This document shows, one piece after another, positions 1 through 9,957 of a stretch of DNA of 56,139 nucleotides. The position numbers were made by a program, and so were the translations under genes. The notes below the pieces were generated by a model, which worked only from the letters and a program-made list of their open reading frames with translations, searched no databases and was not told the origin of the DNA. Source of the stretch: an uncultured bacterium (GTDB lineage: Bacteria; Patescibacteriota; Minisyncoccia; Phycocordibacterales; CAIRYW01); contig CAIRYW010000017.1 of assembly GCA_903882905.1 (NCBI GenBank), positions 1 to 56,139 on the forward strand. Direction: 5' to 3'. How positions within the stretch are numbered: the first letter of the stretch is position 1; each line of letters starts with the position of its first letter.

Positions 1-404
1 ATCTTAATCAAAATCTCTAAAAAATTCCCTAATTCTTTTTTACTTAAATTTGATACAGCTTTAGAAATAAACTTACTAGCAATTTTCTTTGCTGCATTAA
101 GTTCCTTTTTACCTTTCGCTGTAATGGCAATATTCACAGACCTTCTATCCTCAAGATTTGATTTACGTGTTAACAATCCTGAATTTATTAGACGTTCTAT
201 CATCTCAGTGGCTGATGGTGAACTTATACAAAAATACTCCGAAACCTCCTTCATCGAGGGACTCTTTTTACTATTTACAAAATAGAGCACCCTCATCTGC
301 ACCATTGAAGGGATTGATTCATTTGTATTTTTGCCAAAAGCTTCTTTTAATTTCTGATTGAATGAAAATAAAAGCGATGTAATTTTTTCAATATCTTTTT
401 GCAT
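1..404 (-). CDS. MarR-family transcriptional regulator (3' end runs off the window; missing from the ORF track)
   Basis: Manual translation from ATG 404: MQKDIEKITSLLFSFNQKLKEAF...SMKEVSEYFCISSPSATEMIERLINSGLLTRKSNLEDRRSVNIAITAKG, a winged helix with the MarR DRR...TxxG motif. Confidence 0.85.
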   Translation of the reverse strand, partial: MQKDIEKITSLLFSFNQKLKEAFGKNTNESIPSMVQMRVLYFVNSKKSPSMKEVSEYFCISSPSATEMIERLINSGLLTRKSNLEDRRSVNIAITAKGKKELNAAKKIASKFISKAVSNLSKKELGNFLEILIK

Positions 405-405
405 A

Positions 406-437
406 TAGTTAGTTTACCTAATAGTTAGGTTCCCTAA
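406..437. promoter_or_regulatory. Putative MarR operator pair (16-bp tandem repeat, each unit an imperfect palindrome)
   Basis: tagttagtttacctaa / tagttaggttccctaa directly upstream of the MarR ATG; core TTAGG-N3-CCTAA. Confidence 0.6.
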
Positions 438-490
438 GTATATAGCAAAATGGAAATCAAGTCAAATAATAATTTGCTCCTGAAATTTGG

Positions 491-1219
491 CTAAGCAAAA
501 AACACCTTTCTTATTTTCATCACTAGGTGGGCAAAATCGGTTTCTTGTTCTCTACGAGGATAAGGAAGATTGATTTTAAATTCCTCTCTGACCTTCCCTT
601 CTTTTACAAGAATAATTCTTTCTCCGAGTGAAACAGCTTCTTCTATGATATGAGAAACTAAAACTATAGTTTTTCCTGTTTCTTTCCAAATCTTAATAAT
701 ATCGTCGTGTAATTCTGCGGTCGTAATTGCGTCCAACGCAGAAAACGGTTCATCTAAAAGCAAAACTTCTGGCTCAACAGCCAAAGCTCTTGCAATTCCT
801 ACTCTTTGCTTTTGTCCACCAGAAAGATCTGTGGGAAATTTTTCACTTAACTCTGCAATGTTCATTAAAGTTAAATATTTGTGGACTTCGTGAGTGAGTT
901 TTGGATCTTTGATTCCCTTTTGTCGTAGTCCGAGTGCAACATTTTCAAAAACTGTGAGCCAAGGAAACAGAGCTCCAAATTGAAATGACATGGAAACATT
1001 TGCAGGTTTAATTAATTTACCAGTTGTTGGTTGTTCAATATTTGCAATCATTTTTAGGATTGTGGTCTTTCCACATCCTGATGGACCAATAAGACAAACA
1101 AATTCTCCTTCTTGCACGCTAAAAGAAACATCTGTTACAGCTTCATCTTTTTCGCCAACATATATTTTGCTAACAGATTCAAAAATTATTTTTTTTGGTA
1201 TTTTATTTTCTTTATCCAT
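491..1219 (-). CDS. ABC transporter ATP-binding protein, NitT/TauT family
   Basis: Walker A GPSGCGKT, LSGGQKQR signature, LLLDEPF; start MDKENK at 1219 just after the permease stop. Confidence 0.9.
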   Translation of the reverse strand: MDKENKIPKKIIFESVSKIYVGEKDEAVTDVSFSVQEGEFVCLIGPSGCGKTTILKMIANIEQPTTGKLIKPANVSMSFQFGALFPWLTVFENVALGLRQKGIKDPKLTHEVHKYLTLMNIAELSEKFPTDLSGGQKQRVGIARALAVEPEVLLLDEPFSALDAITTAELHDDIIKIWKETGKTIVLVSHIIEEAVSLGERIILVKEGKVREEFKINLPYPRREQETDFAHLVMKIRKVFFA

Positions 1220-1220
1220 A

Positions 1221-2057
1221 TTACTCAAATCTAAATCTCTCAGCCTTATGTAAAAGTTTTTGCCAAACAAATAAATTCATAATTGCTATAAGAACTACCA
1301 TAACCAAAACTGAATAAATAAAAAGTGTGCCATTACCACTCGAGGATGCATGAACCAAAAAACTACCAATTCCGAAAAGATCATTACTTTCGACTCCACC
1401 TGGAATATAAGTATGAATTGCTTCGGCAACTATTGTTAAGTTCCAACCTTGGGCAAAAGCCAAAATCGAACCGGTAACCAGTTCTGGAAAAACTCCAGGG
1501 AGTATAACTTTTTTAAAATATGATAATTTTGTAATCCCAAAAACTTTGGCTGCATAGGTAATATCTTTTGGAATAATCTTTAATCCCCCAACTAACGTAA
1601 AAACAATATTCCAAAGCATACTTAAAAACAAAATAAAAATTGCTGCACCATTCAACATTCCAAATCTAACAAAAAGTAAAATAACGATTGGAAAAAGTGC
1701 CAAAACTGGGATTGATTCTAAAATATCAAAAACTGGCAAAAGTATTGCTTCAAAAAAGCGATTATAAACAGCTAGAATTGCTAAAGGAAAAGCAATAATT
1801 ACAGCCAAAACATATGCAATAAAAAGTCTGCCGAAAGTTGCAAACGAAGCTTCAACAATATCTCCTAGAGAAAAATTTTCTGGTTGATTAGAATTTAGTG
1901 CCGGAAAAAATCTAAAAACAAAATACATAGCCAAAACAATTATCAAAGGTGCCAATAAAAAAGTATAAAATTTTTGAATTGGAGTAGCTGGATAACTCAA
2001 AAGAAACCTCCTATGATAGTTTTTTACATGCTTGTGATCCCTGCTGATTTCTCGCAT
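1221..2057 (-). CDS. ABC transporter permease, NitT/TauT family
   Basis: Several TM segments, ESIPVLALFP, EAA-like YAAKVFG loop, WNLTIVAE; coupled to the ATPase. Confidence 0.85.
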   Translation of the reverse strand: MREISRDHKHVKNYHRRFLLSYPATPIQKFYTFLLAPLIIVLAMYFVFRFFPALNSNQPENFSLGDIVEASFATFGRLFIAYVLAVIIAFPLAILAVYNRFFEAILLPVFDILESIPVLALFPIVILLFVRFGMLNGAAIFILFLSMLWNIVFTLVGGLKIIPKDITYAAKVFGITKLSYFKKVILPGVFPELVTGSILAFAQGWNLTIVAEAIHTYIPGGVESNDLFGIGSFLVHASSSGNGTLFIYSVLVMVVLIAIMNLFVWQKLLHKAERFRFE

Positions 2058-2120
2058 ATAAACATTTTAACTCTTTTTGGCTAGAAACAAAATTTCTATC
2101 TTACGGAAAAATAACCTACA

Positions 2121-2705
2121 ATGATAAGAATGGAAATAGACGACAATCAACTAGTTAAAGATTACCTTAATGGATTAGAAGGTTCTTTTGAAATTATAGT
2201 AAAAAGATATACAAGGCCCTTGTATTCTTTTGTGTGGAGACTCTGCGGAAATAAGGAATCATCAGAAGACATAGTTCAAGACACCTTCCTTAAGGTTTGG
2301 AAAAATCTTAAGAGATTTGATCTGGAAAGAAATTTTAAAGTTTGGATTTACGCAATCGCTCGCAACAGTACATACGATTTCCTAAGAAAGAAAAAATTGA
2401 TTATGTTTTCTGAAATGGACAACACTGAGGATGATTCGACTTTTGAAGAAAACATCGCTGACGCGACTCCTTTAGCAGACCAATTATTTGAAGAAAAAGA
2501 AACATCTAAATTAATTGATGAATCAATAAAAAATCTTCCAGAAAGATACAAGGAAGTTGTTATACTTCGACATGAAACCGGAATGACGTTTGAAGATATA
2601 TCAGACACGCTCAAAGAACCTATGAATACTGTCAAAAGTCGATACAGAAGAGCTATTATGAAAATGCAAGAATCACTATTATTAAATGCACCAAAAAAGG
2701 TTTAA
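2121..2705 (+). CDS. ECF sigma-70 factor
   Basis: Region 2 EDIVQDTFLKVW...FKVWIYAIARN and region 4 HTH TFEDISDTLKEPMNTVKSRYRRA. Confidence 0.92.
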   Translation: MIRMEIDDNQLVKDYLNGLEGSFEIIVKRYTRPLYSFVWRLCGNKESSEDIVQDTFLKVWKNLKRFDLERNFKVWIYAIARNSTYDFLRKKKLIMFSEMDNTEDDSTFEENIADATPLADQLFEEKETSKLIDESIKNLPERYKEVVILRHETGMTFEDISDTLKEPMNTVKSRYRRAIMKMQESLLLNAPKKV

Positions 2706-2713
2706 AAGTCGTA
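2687..2713 (+). promoter_or_regulatory. Putative ECF-type promoter TGCACC-N17-CGTA overlapping the sigma gene 3' end
   Basis: tgcacc 2687-2692 and cgta 2710-2713; resembles SigW-type TGAAAC-N16-CGTA. Confidence 0.45.
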
Positions 2714-2738
2714 TTTACAAGGGTATAATCAAACTAAA

Positions 2739-3155
2739 ATGACAATAACAGATTTAGAAAAAATTTCTCTCAAGTTGGATATGATTCCATGTGAATACAA
2801 CTTAGAGGATAAAATAATAGAAAAAATTGAAAAAGCTCAAAGACATAATGCTCGCATTAAGTTAGAGTTTTTTGGTGTTTCTCTTTTTGCGATTATAGGA
2901 ATTGGTGTTTCCATTTTTGCAAAAATTTTCTCTGATTTTCAAAATTCAGTTTTCTATGATTACGCATCAATTTTATTTTCAGACACAAGGTTTGCTCTGA
3001 CGAATTGGAAACCTACTTTATTGCTCCTTGTTGAATCTGCTCCGATTCTAGATATTTTTATCATTGTCACAATAGTAGGAGTTGTGCTTTATCTATTATC
3101 TAAAACAACAAAAGAGGCTTCAATATTTTTACAACATAAATTAATTTACAAATAA
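2739..3155 (+). CDS. Membrane protein, probable anti-sigma factor
   Basis: Directly after the ECF sigma; short soluble N-terminus and two TM segments. Confidence 0.6.
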   Translation: MTITDLEKISLKLDMIPCEYNLEDKIIEKIEKAQRHNARIKLEFFGVSLFAIIGIGVSIFAKIFSDFQNSVFYDYASILFSDTRFALTNWKPTLLLLVESAPILDIFIIVTIVGVVLYLLSKTTKEASIFLQHKLIYK

Positions 3156-3156
3156 A

Positions 3157-3675
3157 ATGGAAAAAATAGAAAAATTTTTTGAGTCAAAAAAACTACATAA
3201 AGTAGTTATAGTTTTATTATTATTAGGAATAATCCTTTTTATATTTGAGGCAGGTGTATTAGTTGGATATAAGCAGGCCTTCTTTTCTTGTCATTTAGGT
3301 GAGAACTATTACAAAGATTTCGAAGGAAAAGAAGTTAATGAGCAAATACTTCCAAACATTGATACTCAAAATTTACCAAATTCTAATGGGGCAACAGGAT
3401 CAATATTAAAAATTTCCTTGCCTTCTGTTGTTGTTGCAGATAGAGATGGAGTGGAAAAAACTATTACACTAACAGATGACACAATCTATAGAAAATTTAG
3501 AGGAGACATTTTAGCAACTGATTTAAAAGTTGGTGATTTTGTTGTTGTTATTGGTTCTCCAACAGAAAGTGGAAATATCGAAGCAAGACTTGTTAGAGTT
3601 ATACCTCCCCCACCACAAGTAAACCAAAATGCTTTAGGTCAAAGCACAACTAGTAGTAGTTCGATTACAAAATAA
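3157..3675 (+). CDS. Membrane-anchored protein with DUF5666-like beta domain
   Basis: N-terminal TM; TDDTIYRK...DLKVGDFVVVIGSP...IEARLVRV pattern. Confidence 0.6.
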   Translation: MEKIEKFFESKKLHKVVIVLLLLGIILFIFEAGVLVGYKQAFFSCHLGENYYKDFEGKEVNEQILPNIDTQNLPNSNGATGSILKISLPSVVVADRDGVEKTITLTDDTIYRKFRGDILATDLKVGDFVVVIGSPTESGNIEARLVRVIPPPPQVNQNALGQSTTSSSSITK

Positions 3676-3685
3676 TAAAAAAATA

Positions 3686-5416
3686 ATGAAAAGTATTTCG
3701 TACCTTTTTTCTGGCGTTTTTTATAAGAATTTATGGCAATTTCATAAAAAGCTCTCAATTTTAGGTGTGATTGTTTTAGCCAGCACTGCTTATGGCTCTG
3801 TAAAAATAATTCAAAATATTGGAGTCGGTACAAAATATGTCTTAACTGAAGCTCAAACAGGAACAATCCTTGGAACAGTAACTGGAACTGGACAAGTCGC
3901 AGCATCAAACCAAATTGACCTAAATAATAATGTCTCAGGCACAGTCCTAAGTGTTAATGCTATTACAGGACAAAAAGTTAATGCAGGCGATTTAATAGTT
4001 GAAATAGACCCTACCACCGCAAGAATTTCTTTACAAAATGCACAAATTGCTTTAGCAAAACTTCAAGAACCGACCGATCCCCTACAACTCGCAACAGATC
4101 AAAATAATCTTAACAGTGCAGTAACTTCAAAAGCTACAGCCGAAACAACCGGAATAAACAATGTTTCAAGTGCGCTTATTGATATGACAAATGTTATTTC
4201 TGGACTAAATACGATGCTATATGACAAAACAGGATATCTAAATTCTTCACAATTAATTTCTATGCCGGATATTGCCAGAGCCGATGCTTTGAGCGCTGGA
4301 GTCGCATTTGATCAAGCAAATAATATGTATAAACAAAATATTGCGAACTCAAAAAATGTAACAAGGGATAGTTCTTCTGCTGATATCGATAAGTTAATTT
4401 CCAGTACACTTGATACAGCAAAAGCTTTGGCACAATCAGTACAAAACGCAAAAGTGGCCGTTGATTACATAAAAAACCTGGACACAAGTCAAAGTGCTTC
4501 CGCAAACACAACAACTGCTGAAAATAATTTAAGCTCTTGGACTTCAACAATGAATTCAGATGTTTCGAGTTTGCTTAATTCTAAAAACACAATAGATAGT
4601 TCAACAAACGATATTGAACAACAGACTCTTACTCTTAAAAAACTTCAACAAGGAACTGATCCTCTAGATATTCAATCAGCACAACTTAGTGTTGAAACCG
4701 CTCAAAATAATTACAACAAATATTTTGTAAGAGCTCCTCTTGATGGGATCGTAGCAAAAGTTAGTGTCCAAGTCGGAGATCAAACAACCGGAAGTGTTGG
4801 GACCTTCATATCAACTTCAAAAATTGCAAATATTTCTTTGAATGAAGTCGACTCAGCAAAAGTTGCTATCGGCGACAAAGTTAATTTAACATTCAGTGCA
4901 ATAAATAATTTAACAATCACAGGAACAGTTGCTCAAGTTGATCTCGTTGGAACGGTTAGTCAAGGAGTTGTAACTTATAATATACAAGTTGCATTTGATA
5001 CCGATGACACAAGAGTAAAACCTGGAATGAGTGTTAGTGCCTCAATAATTACCTCAGCAAGTCAAAATATACTAGTAGTCCCTTCTTCTGCAATAAAAAC
5101 CCAAGGAAATATCTCTTACGTTCAAGCGTTTAAAAACCCTGTACCAAAAAGTTCTGAATCAGGATTTACATCAAATGAAACTCCAATTCAAATTATTGTG
5201 CAAACAGGAGCCTCTGACAATACAAACACAGAAATTACCTCTGGATTAAAAGTTGGAGACCAAGTTATCACAAAAATAACAGCATCCGCAACTGGAGGTA
5301 CAACTAGTCAAACACCAAGTTTACTTAGTGCTGTCGGAGGTAGAACAGCTGGTGCCGGAGGTGGCGGTGCAAACTTTAGACCGACAACTGGTGGAGGAGC
5401 CGCAAGAGGAAACTAG
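3686..5416 (+). CDS. MacA/HlyD-like membrane fusion (adaptor) protein
   Basis: Lipoyl-like halves (VSGTVLSVN...GQKVNAGDLIVEID; RAPLDGIVAKVSVQVGD), long coiled coil, VKPGMSV, LVVPSSAI. Confidence 0.88.
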   Translation: MKSISYLFSGVFYKNLWQFHKKLSILGVIVLASTAYGSVKIIQNIGVGTKYVLTEAQTGTILGTVTGTGQVAASNQIDLNNNVSGTVLSVNAITGQKVNAGDLIVEIDPTTARISLQNAQIALAKLQEPTDPLQLATDQNNLNSAVTSKATAETTGINNVSSALIDMTNVISGLNTMLYDKTGYLNSSQLISMPDIARADALSAGVAFDQANNMYKQNIANSKNVTRDSSSADIDKLISSTLDTAKALAQSVQNAKVAVDYIKNLDTSQSASANTTTAENNLSSWTSTMNSDVSSLLNSKNTIDSSTNDIEQQTLTLKKLQQGTDPLDIQSAQLSVETAQNNYNKYFVRAPLDGIVAKVSVQVGDQTTGSVGTFISTSKIANISLNEVDSAKVAIGDKVNLTFSAINNLTITGTVAQVDLVGTVSQGVVTYNIQVAFDTDDTRVKPGMSVSASIITSASQNILVVPSSAIKTQGNISYVQAFKNPVPKSSESGFTSNETPIQIIVQTGASDNTNTEITSGLKVGDQVITKITASATGGTTSQTPSLLSAVGGRTAGAGGGGANFRPTTGGGAARGN

Positions 5417-5435
5417 AGAAACTGTCTGAAAAAAA

Positions 5436-6146
5436 ATGATTGAAATAAAAAACGTAAAAAAAGTATACAAAACTGGTAATGTAGAATTTGAAGCTCTTCA
5501 TGGAGTTAGTTTTAAAGTGGAAGATGGAGAATTCGTAGCCATTATGGGTCCTTCAGGATCTGGTAAATCAACTTTAATGCACATTATTGGGGCTTTAGAC
5601 ACACCAACAAGCGGACAATATTTTTTAGACGGAAAGGATGTTTCCAAATTAACAGATGAAGAACTTGCAGATATAAGAAGACAAAAAATTGGTTTTGTTT
5701 TTCAATCTTTCAATCTTCTACCTCGAACAACAGTACTTAGAAATGTGATGCTTCCCCTAATTTATGCAGGAATTCCTCATGAACAAAGAAGACCCCTAGC
5801 TGAAAAAGCACTTCTTGCGGCAGGTTTTGATGAAACCCACTTTGAACACAAATCTAACGAGCTTTCCGGAGGACAAATTCAAAGAGTTGCTATCGCAAGA
5901 GCCCTTGTGAATGATCCTGTACTTATTTTAGCCGATGAACCGACTGGAAACTTGGATACGAAAACAGGTGACATAGTGCTTGGAACTTTTCAAAGATTAA
6001 ACAAAGAGCATGGTCGCACAATAATTTTGATTACCCACGAACCAGACGTAGCAGAATATGCTGACAGAATTGTTTTTATAAGGGACGGAGACATAGTCTC
6101 AGATTCAAAAACACATAAGAAAAAAATAGTTCACCCTCAAAAATAA
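5436..6146 (+). CDS. MacB/LolD-type ABC ATP-binding protein
   Basis: GPSGSGKST, IGFVFQSFNLL, LSGGQIQRVAIARA, ADEPTGNLD. Confidence 0.93.
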   Translation: MIEIKNVKKVYKTGNVEFEALHGVSFKVEDGEFVAIMGPSGSGKSTLMHIIGALDTPTSGQYFLDGKDVSKLTDEELADIRRQKIGFVFQSFNLLPRTTVLRNVMLPLIYAGIPHEQRRPLAEKALLAAGFDETHFEHKSNELSGGQIQRVAIARALVNDPVLILADEPTGNLDTKTGDIVLGTFQRLNKEHGRTIILITHEPDVAEYADRIVFIRDGDIVSDSKTHKKKIVHPQK

Positions 6147-6150
6147 TCAC

Positions 6151-7374
6151 ATGACAATCCAAGATATTTATGAAGAAACATACACCGCCCTTTCGGCAAA
6201 CAAAGTCAGATCAAGTCTTACAATGCTTGGAATTGTTATTGGGATTAGCTCTGTGATTGCAATGATTTCGATTGGTCAAGGCGCACAAGGATCAATTCAA
6301 TCAAGTATACAATCTCTCGGTTCAAACCTTATTATGGTAACTCCTGGGGCACAGAGAACACCTGGAGTTGCTGTTTCCACTGGACGTGGAACAGCTCAGA
6401 GTTTAACTATGGATGATGCAAATGCAATTGCCTCAAGTGTCAGCGGAGTTTTAAGTGTCGCATCAGAAGTCTCAGGAAGACAACAAGTCACAGCTAGAGG
6501 TACAAACACGAACACAACTGTGCTGGGAACAAATGCTTCCTATTCAACTGTTAGAAACGTAAATACTGCTGATGGTTCTTTTATAACAGATGCACAGTCG
6601 AGTAGTCTTGCTCGCGTTGCTGTCCTTGGACCAACAACTGCAAGTGACCTGTTTGGGTCAAGTACAGAACCTGTTGGCCAGACAATCACAATAAAAGGGA
6701 TGCAATTTGATGTTATTGGCGTTCTTCAATCAAAAGGAGGAAGTGGATTTGGAAACAGAGATGATATGGTAATTATTCCAATCGCAGATGCACAAAAATT
6801 TTTAACTGGAAACCAATACGTCACCACAATAGATATTGCAGCTGTAAGTTCAGACGTTATGACTCAAGTTCAAGCAGATGTAACTTCCCTACTTTTAGAC
6901 AGACATAAAATTAGTGATCCAACTTTAGCTGACTTTAGCACAATCAATCAATCAGATATTGTTTCCGCTGCTTCTAGTGTTGTAAATACATTCACGATTC
7001 TTTTGGGTTCTGTTGCTGGAATCTCTCTTCTCGTTGGCGGAATCGGTATTATGAATATGATGCTAACAACTGTCACAGAAAGAACAAAAGAGATAGGACT
7101 TCGAAAAGCAATCGGTGCAAAAAAGAAAGATATCAGCACTCAGTTTTTAGCAGAAGCAGTAACTCTTACTTTCTTAGGTGGTTTAATCGGAATACTACTT
7201 GGAGCAGGAGTTGCTTATGCTTTTTCATATTTTGGAATAATTCAAACGCAAATATCCATTTATCCAATCCTTTTAGCTTTTGGGGTTTCAGCTGGAATTG
7301 GAATAATTTTTGGATATTATCCAGCCAAAAGAGCCGCTTCTCTTAATCCAATAGAGGCGCTTAGATATGAATAA
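6151..7374 (+). CDS. MacB/FtsX-family ABC permease
   Basis: RSSLTMLGIVIGI, GGIGIMNMMLTTVTERTKEIGLRKAIGA, YPAKRAASLNPIEALRYE. Confidence 0.93.
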   Translation: MTIQDIYEETYTALSANKVRSSLTMLGIVIGISSVIAMISIGQGAQGSIQSSIQSLGSNLIMVTPGAQRTPGVAVSTGRGTAQSLTMDDANAIASSVSGVLSVASEVSGRQQVTARGTNTNTTVLGTNASYSTVRNVNTADGSFITDAQSSSLARVAVLGPTTASDLFGSSTEPVGQTITIKGMQFDVIGVLQSKGGSGFGNRDDMVIIPIADAQKFLTGNQYVTTIDIAAVSSDVMTQVQADVTSLLLDRHKISDPTLADFSTINQSDIVSAASSVVNTFTILLGSVAGISLLVGGIGIMNMMLTTVTERTKEIGLRKAIGAKKKDISTQFLAEAVTLTFLGGLIGILLGAGVAYAFSYFGIIQTQISIYPILLAFGVSAGIGIIFGYYPAKRAASLNPIEALRYE

Positions 7375-7422
7375 TTAAAAGGTCAAAATTAAAAATTAAA
7401 ATAAATTAACAAAATAAAAAAA

Positions 7423-7857
7423 ATGAAAAACAAACACTTTACATTCACAATAATTTTAATCGTCATCGCTTTAGCTTCTGGGTTTTTTGCTGGTTCGTAT
7501 TACAAAGGTTCTCAGTCAACCTCAACAACAAGTAGTGCTTTACTGACACGAGGGACAACAACCGGGGCTGGATTAAGAGGAGTAAGAACTGGTGGTTTTG
7601 GTGGAGGAGTAACTGGAAATATAATCTCTAAAGACAACCAAAGTATCACTATCTCCATTCCAACAGGAGGATCACAAATTGTTTTTGTAAATCCAAGTAC
7701 AAGTATTGCAAAAAGTGTTTCTGGAACTCTTGATGACTTAAGCACAGGAACAACAGTAGTAGTAAGCGGTTCAACAAATTCAGATGGAAGTAGCCTTACT
7801 GCAAATTCAATCAATATTAGACCGGCACAAACGGCATCTTCTACCACTTCAAACTAA
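7423..7857 (+). CDS. Membrane-anchored DUF5666-like protein
   Basis: N-terminal TM, Gly/Thr linker, DLSTGTTVVVSGSTNSDGSSLTANSINI; resembles 3157..3675. Confidence 0.6.
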   Translation: MKNKHFTFTIILIVIALASGFFAGSYYKGSQSTSTTSSALLTRGTTTGAGLRGVRTGGFGGGVTGNIISKDNQSITISIPTGGSQIVFVNPSTSIAKSVSGTLDDLSTGTTVVVSGSTNSDGSSLTANSINIRPAQTASSTTSN

Positions 7858-7860
7858 AAA

Positions 7861-8628
7861 TTATTTACCTATAAAAAAGAAGAAAACTATAGAAACTAAA
7901 ATTCTATAGATTCCAAAGCCTGTAAATTTGTGATTTTTAACAAAACCAATAAAGGATTTAATTGCTACTAGCGCAACCACAAATGAAACAAAAAGACCGA
8001 GAGCAAGCATTTCAAATTGACTTGGGGTTGTTGCTCCAATTCCTTTAATTAATTCTAATCCAGTCGCTGCAAGCATTGTAGGCACAGCAATTAAAAACGA
8101 ATATTCGGTAATTGTTTTTCTGTCTATACCAATTGATAAACCTCCAATAATCGTCGCAGCTGAACGAGAAACTCCAGGAATTATGGCAATAGATTGAAAA
8201 AGTCCAACAATTGCACAATCTTTATAACTTAACTTTTTTATTCCCAACTCACTTTTATCTTCATCCTTTTTCAAAATTTCAAAAAGTATAATTACAATAC
8301 CTCCCAAAAATAAAGACCAAAGTACAATACTTTCACTACCTAAAAAATTCTTAACGATTTTATAGAATGCCAAACCTATAATACCTGTGGGTATAAATCC
8401 AATTACAATTCTTTTCAATACCTCCCAATCAAAGAATTTCTTGAAATACAAAACAACAACAGCAAAGATCGCACCGAGCTGGATTATAATTTCAAAACTT
8501 TTTAAAAAATCATCTTGTGTTAAACCCAAAATCTTCGATGTTAAAATCATGTGTCCGGTCGAAGAAATTGGTAAAAATTCAGTAATTCCTTCAACAATTC
8601 CTAAAATTATTGTTTGTGTTATGTGCAT
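7861..8628 (-). CDS. uppP: Undecaprenyl-diphosphate phosphatase (BacA)
   Basis: LGIVEGITEFLPISSTGH and PGVSRSAATI motifs. Confidence 0.95.
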   Translation of the reverse strand: MHITQTIILGIVEGITEFLPISSTGHMILTSKILGLTQDDFLKSFEIIIQLGAIFAVVVLYFKKFFDWEVLKRIVIGFIPTGIIGLAFYKIVKNFLGSESIVLWSLFLGGIVIILFEILKKDEDKSELGIKKLSYKDCAIVGLFQSIAIIPGVSRSAATIIGGLSIGIDRKTITEYSFLIAVPTMLAATGLELIKGIGATTPSQFEMLALGLFVSFVVALVAIKSFIGFVKNHKFTGFGIYRILVSIVFFFFIGK

Positions 8629-8679
8629 TAATAAATTGTATCATAAGGAATCAAATTTAATGTTATAATCTCTCCTACA

Positions 8680-9942
8680 ATGCAGATAGAAAAAGCTATA
8701 ATTGATTTTTTATATAACAACAAATTCATATTTGAAGAGTTTGGTCTTCTTATTGCTTTTGTTGCCAGTGCAGCTGAATCCATCCCAATAATTGGTTTTA
8801 TTATCCCTGGACAAACCCTCCTCGTAATTGCTGCCATTTTTTCTAGACTTGGGGCTTATAACATTTGGGAATTGATAGCTATTGCAGCTCTTGGATCTTT
8901 CTTAGGAGATGCAACTGGATATCTTTTAGGTAGAAGATACTCTGCACCTATACTTCAAAAAATGCGGGGATTTATTTCTCATGAAAAAATAGAGAAAACT
9001 AAAATATTCACAGAAAAGCATGCAGGTAAAGCAGTTTTTTTTGGTAGGTTCAATTCATTCACAAGATCTTTTTCTCCATTTTTTGCAGGACTCTCAAATA
9101 TTTCAAAACCAAAATTCTTTTTTTACGCTTTAATATCTGGAATAGCCTGGTCTTTTTGTTTTGGAATATTAGGTTACATCATTGGTGAAGGATTTACTGT
9201 AATAATTCCTGCAATTGGAAAGTTTGTGGCGATTGCCACAATTATCGCCTTACTCATCATTTATATTGCAGAAAAAGCTAAACTTCGTGGAGGTAAATTT
9301 ACAAGGAAACAAATCGGGCTTTTCATTACTTCTATTATTTCACTTTATGCATTCGCAATTATTGCTCAAAATGTTTCTGACAACGGCGCCTTATCAATTG
9401 TAGATCAACAAATTGGAGCCCTTGTCGCCTCTTGGAGAAATCCTCTTTTACTTTCTTCTATTTGGTGGCTTGGATTGATAGGACCTTGGACATTTACACT
9501 TATTTGTTTAATTCCAGTCTTTGTACTTTTATTGTTTAGAAGATTTAAAGATTTATTTTTTTTCCTTATCTCAATATCTCTCAGTGGCGTTTTGGTTGTC
9601 TTTCTTAAAGCAGAATTTTCGAGACCAAGACCATTACTTCATTTTTTGTTTAAAGAATCGAGCTCAAGTTTCCCGAGTGGACATGCTGTTTTAGCCACAG
9701 TTTTCTTTGGTCTTATTTGCTACGAAATGAAAAACTACCTAAAAGAATGGCAATTCGCTTTACTTTGCGCATTTTCAAGCATTATGATAATTTTAGTAGG
9801 ATTTTCGAGAATTTATTTCGGAGTTCATTTTGCAAGTGATGTAATAGGAGGATTCTTTTTTGGAATATTTTTTATATCCTTTACATTACTTTTCTTCGAT
9901 GTACTTCCACACGTTTACAAGAAAATAATTATCAAAAAATAA
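8680..9942 (+). CDS. DedA/PAP2 phosphatase fusion protein
   Basis: N-terminal DedA (LGDATGYLLGR, FFGRF) plus PAP2 motifs KAEFSRPRP, SFPSGH, SRIYFGVHFASDV. Confidence 0.9.
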   Translation: MQIEKAIIDFLYNNKFIFEEFGLLIAFVASAAESIPIIGFIIPGQTLLVIAAIFSRLGAYNIWELIAIAALGSFLGDATGYLLGRRYSAPILQKMRGFISHEKIEKTKIFTEKHAGKAVFFGRFNSFTRSFSPFFAGLSNISKPKFFFYALISGIAWSFCFGILGYIIGEGFTVIIPAIGKFVAIATIIALLIIYIAEKAKLRGGKFTRKQIGLFITSIISLYAFAIIAQNVSDNGALSIVDQQIGALVASWRNPLLLSSIWWLGLIGPWTFTLICLIPVFVLLLFRRFKDLFFFLISISLSGVLVVFLKAEFSRPRPLLHFLFKESSSSFPSGHAVLATVFFGLICYEMKNYLKEWQFALLCAFSSIMIILVGFSRIYFGVHFASDVIGGFFFGIFFISFTLLFFDVLPHVYKKIIIKK

Positions 9943-9957
9943 TTTTAAATCAATCAC

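Noticed and set aside
158-361. 67-aa plus-strand ORF from the track
   Set aside because: It is an antisense shadow of the MarR gene on the minus strand.
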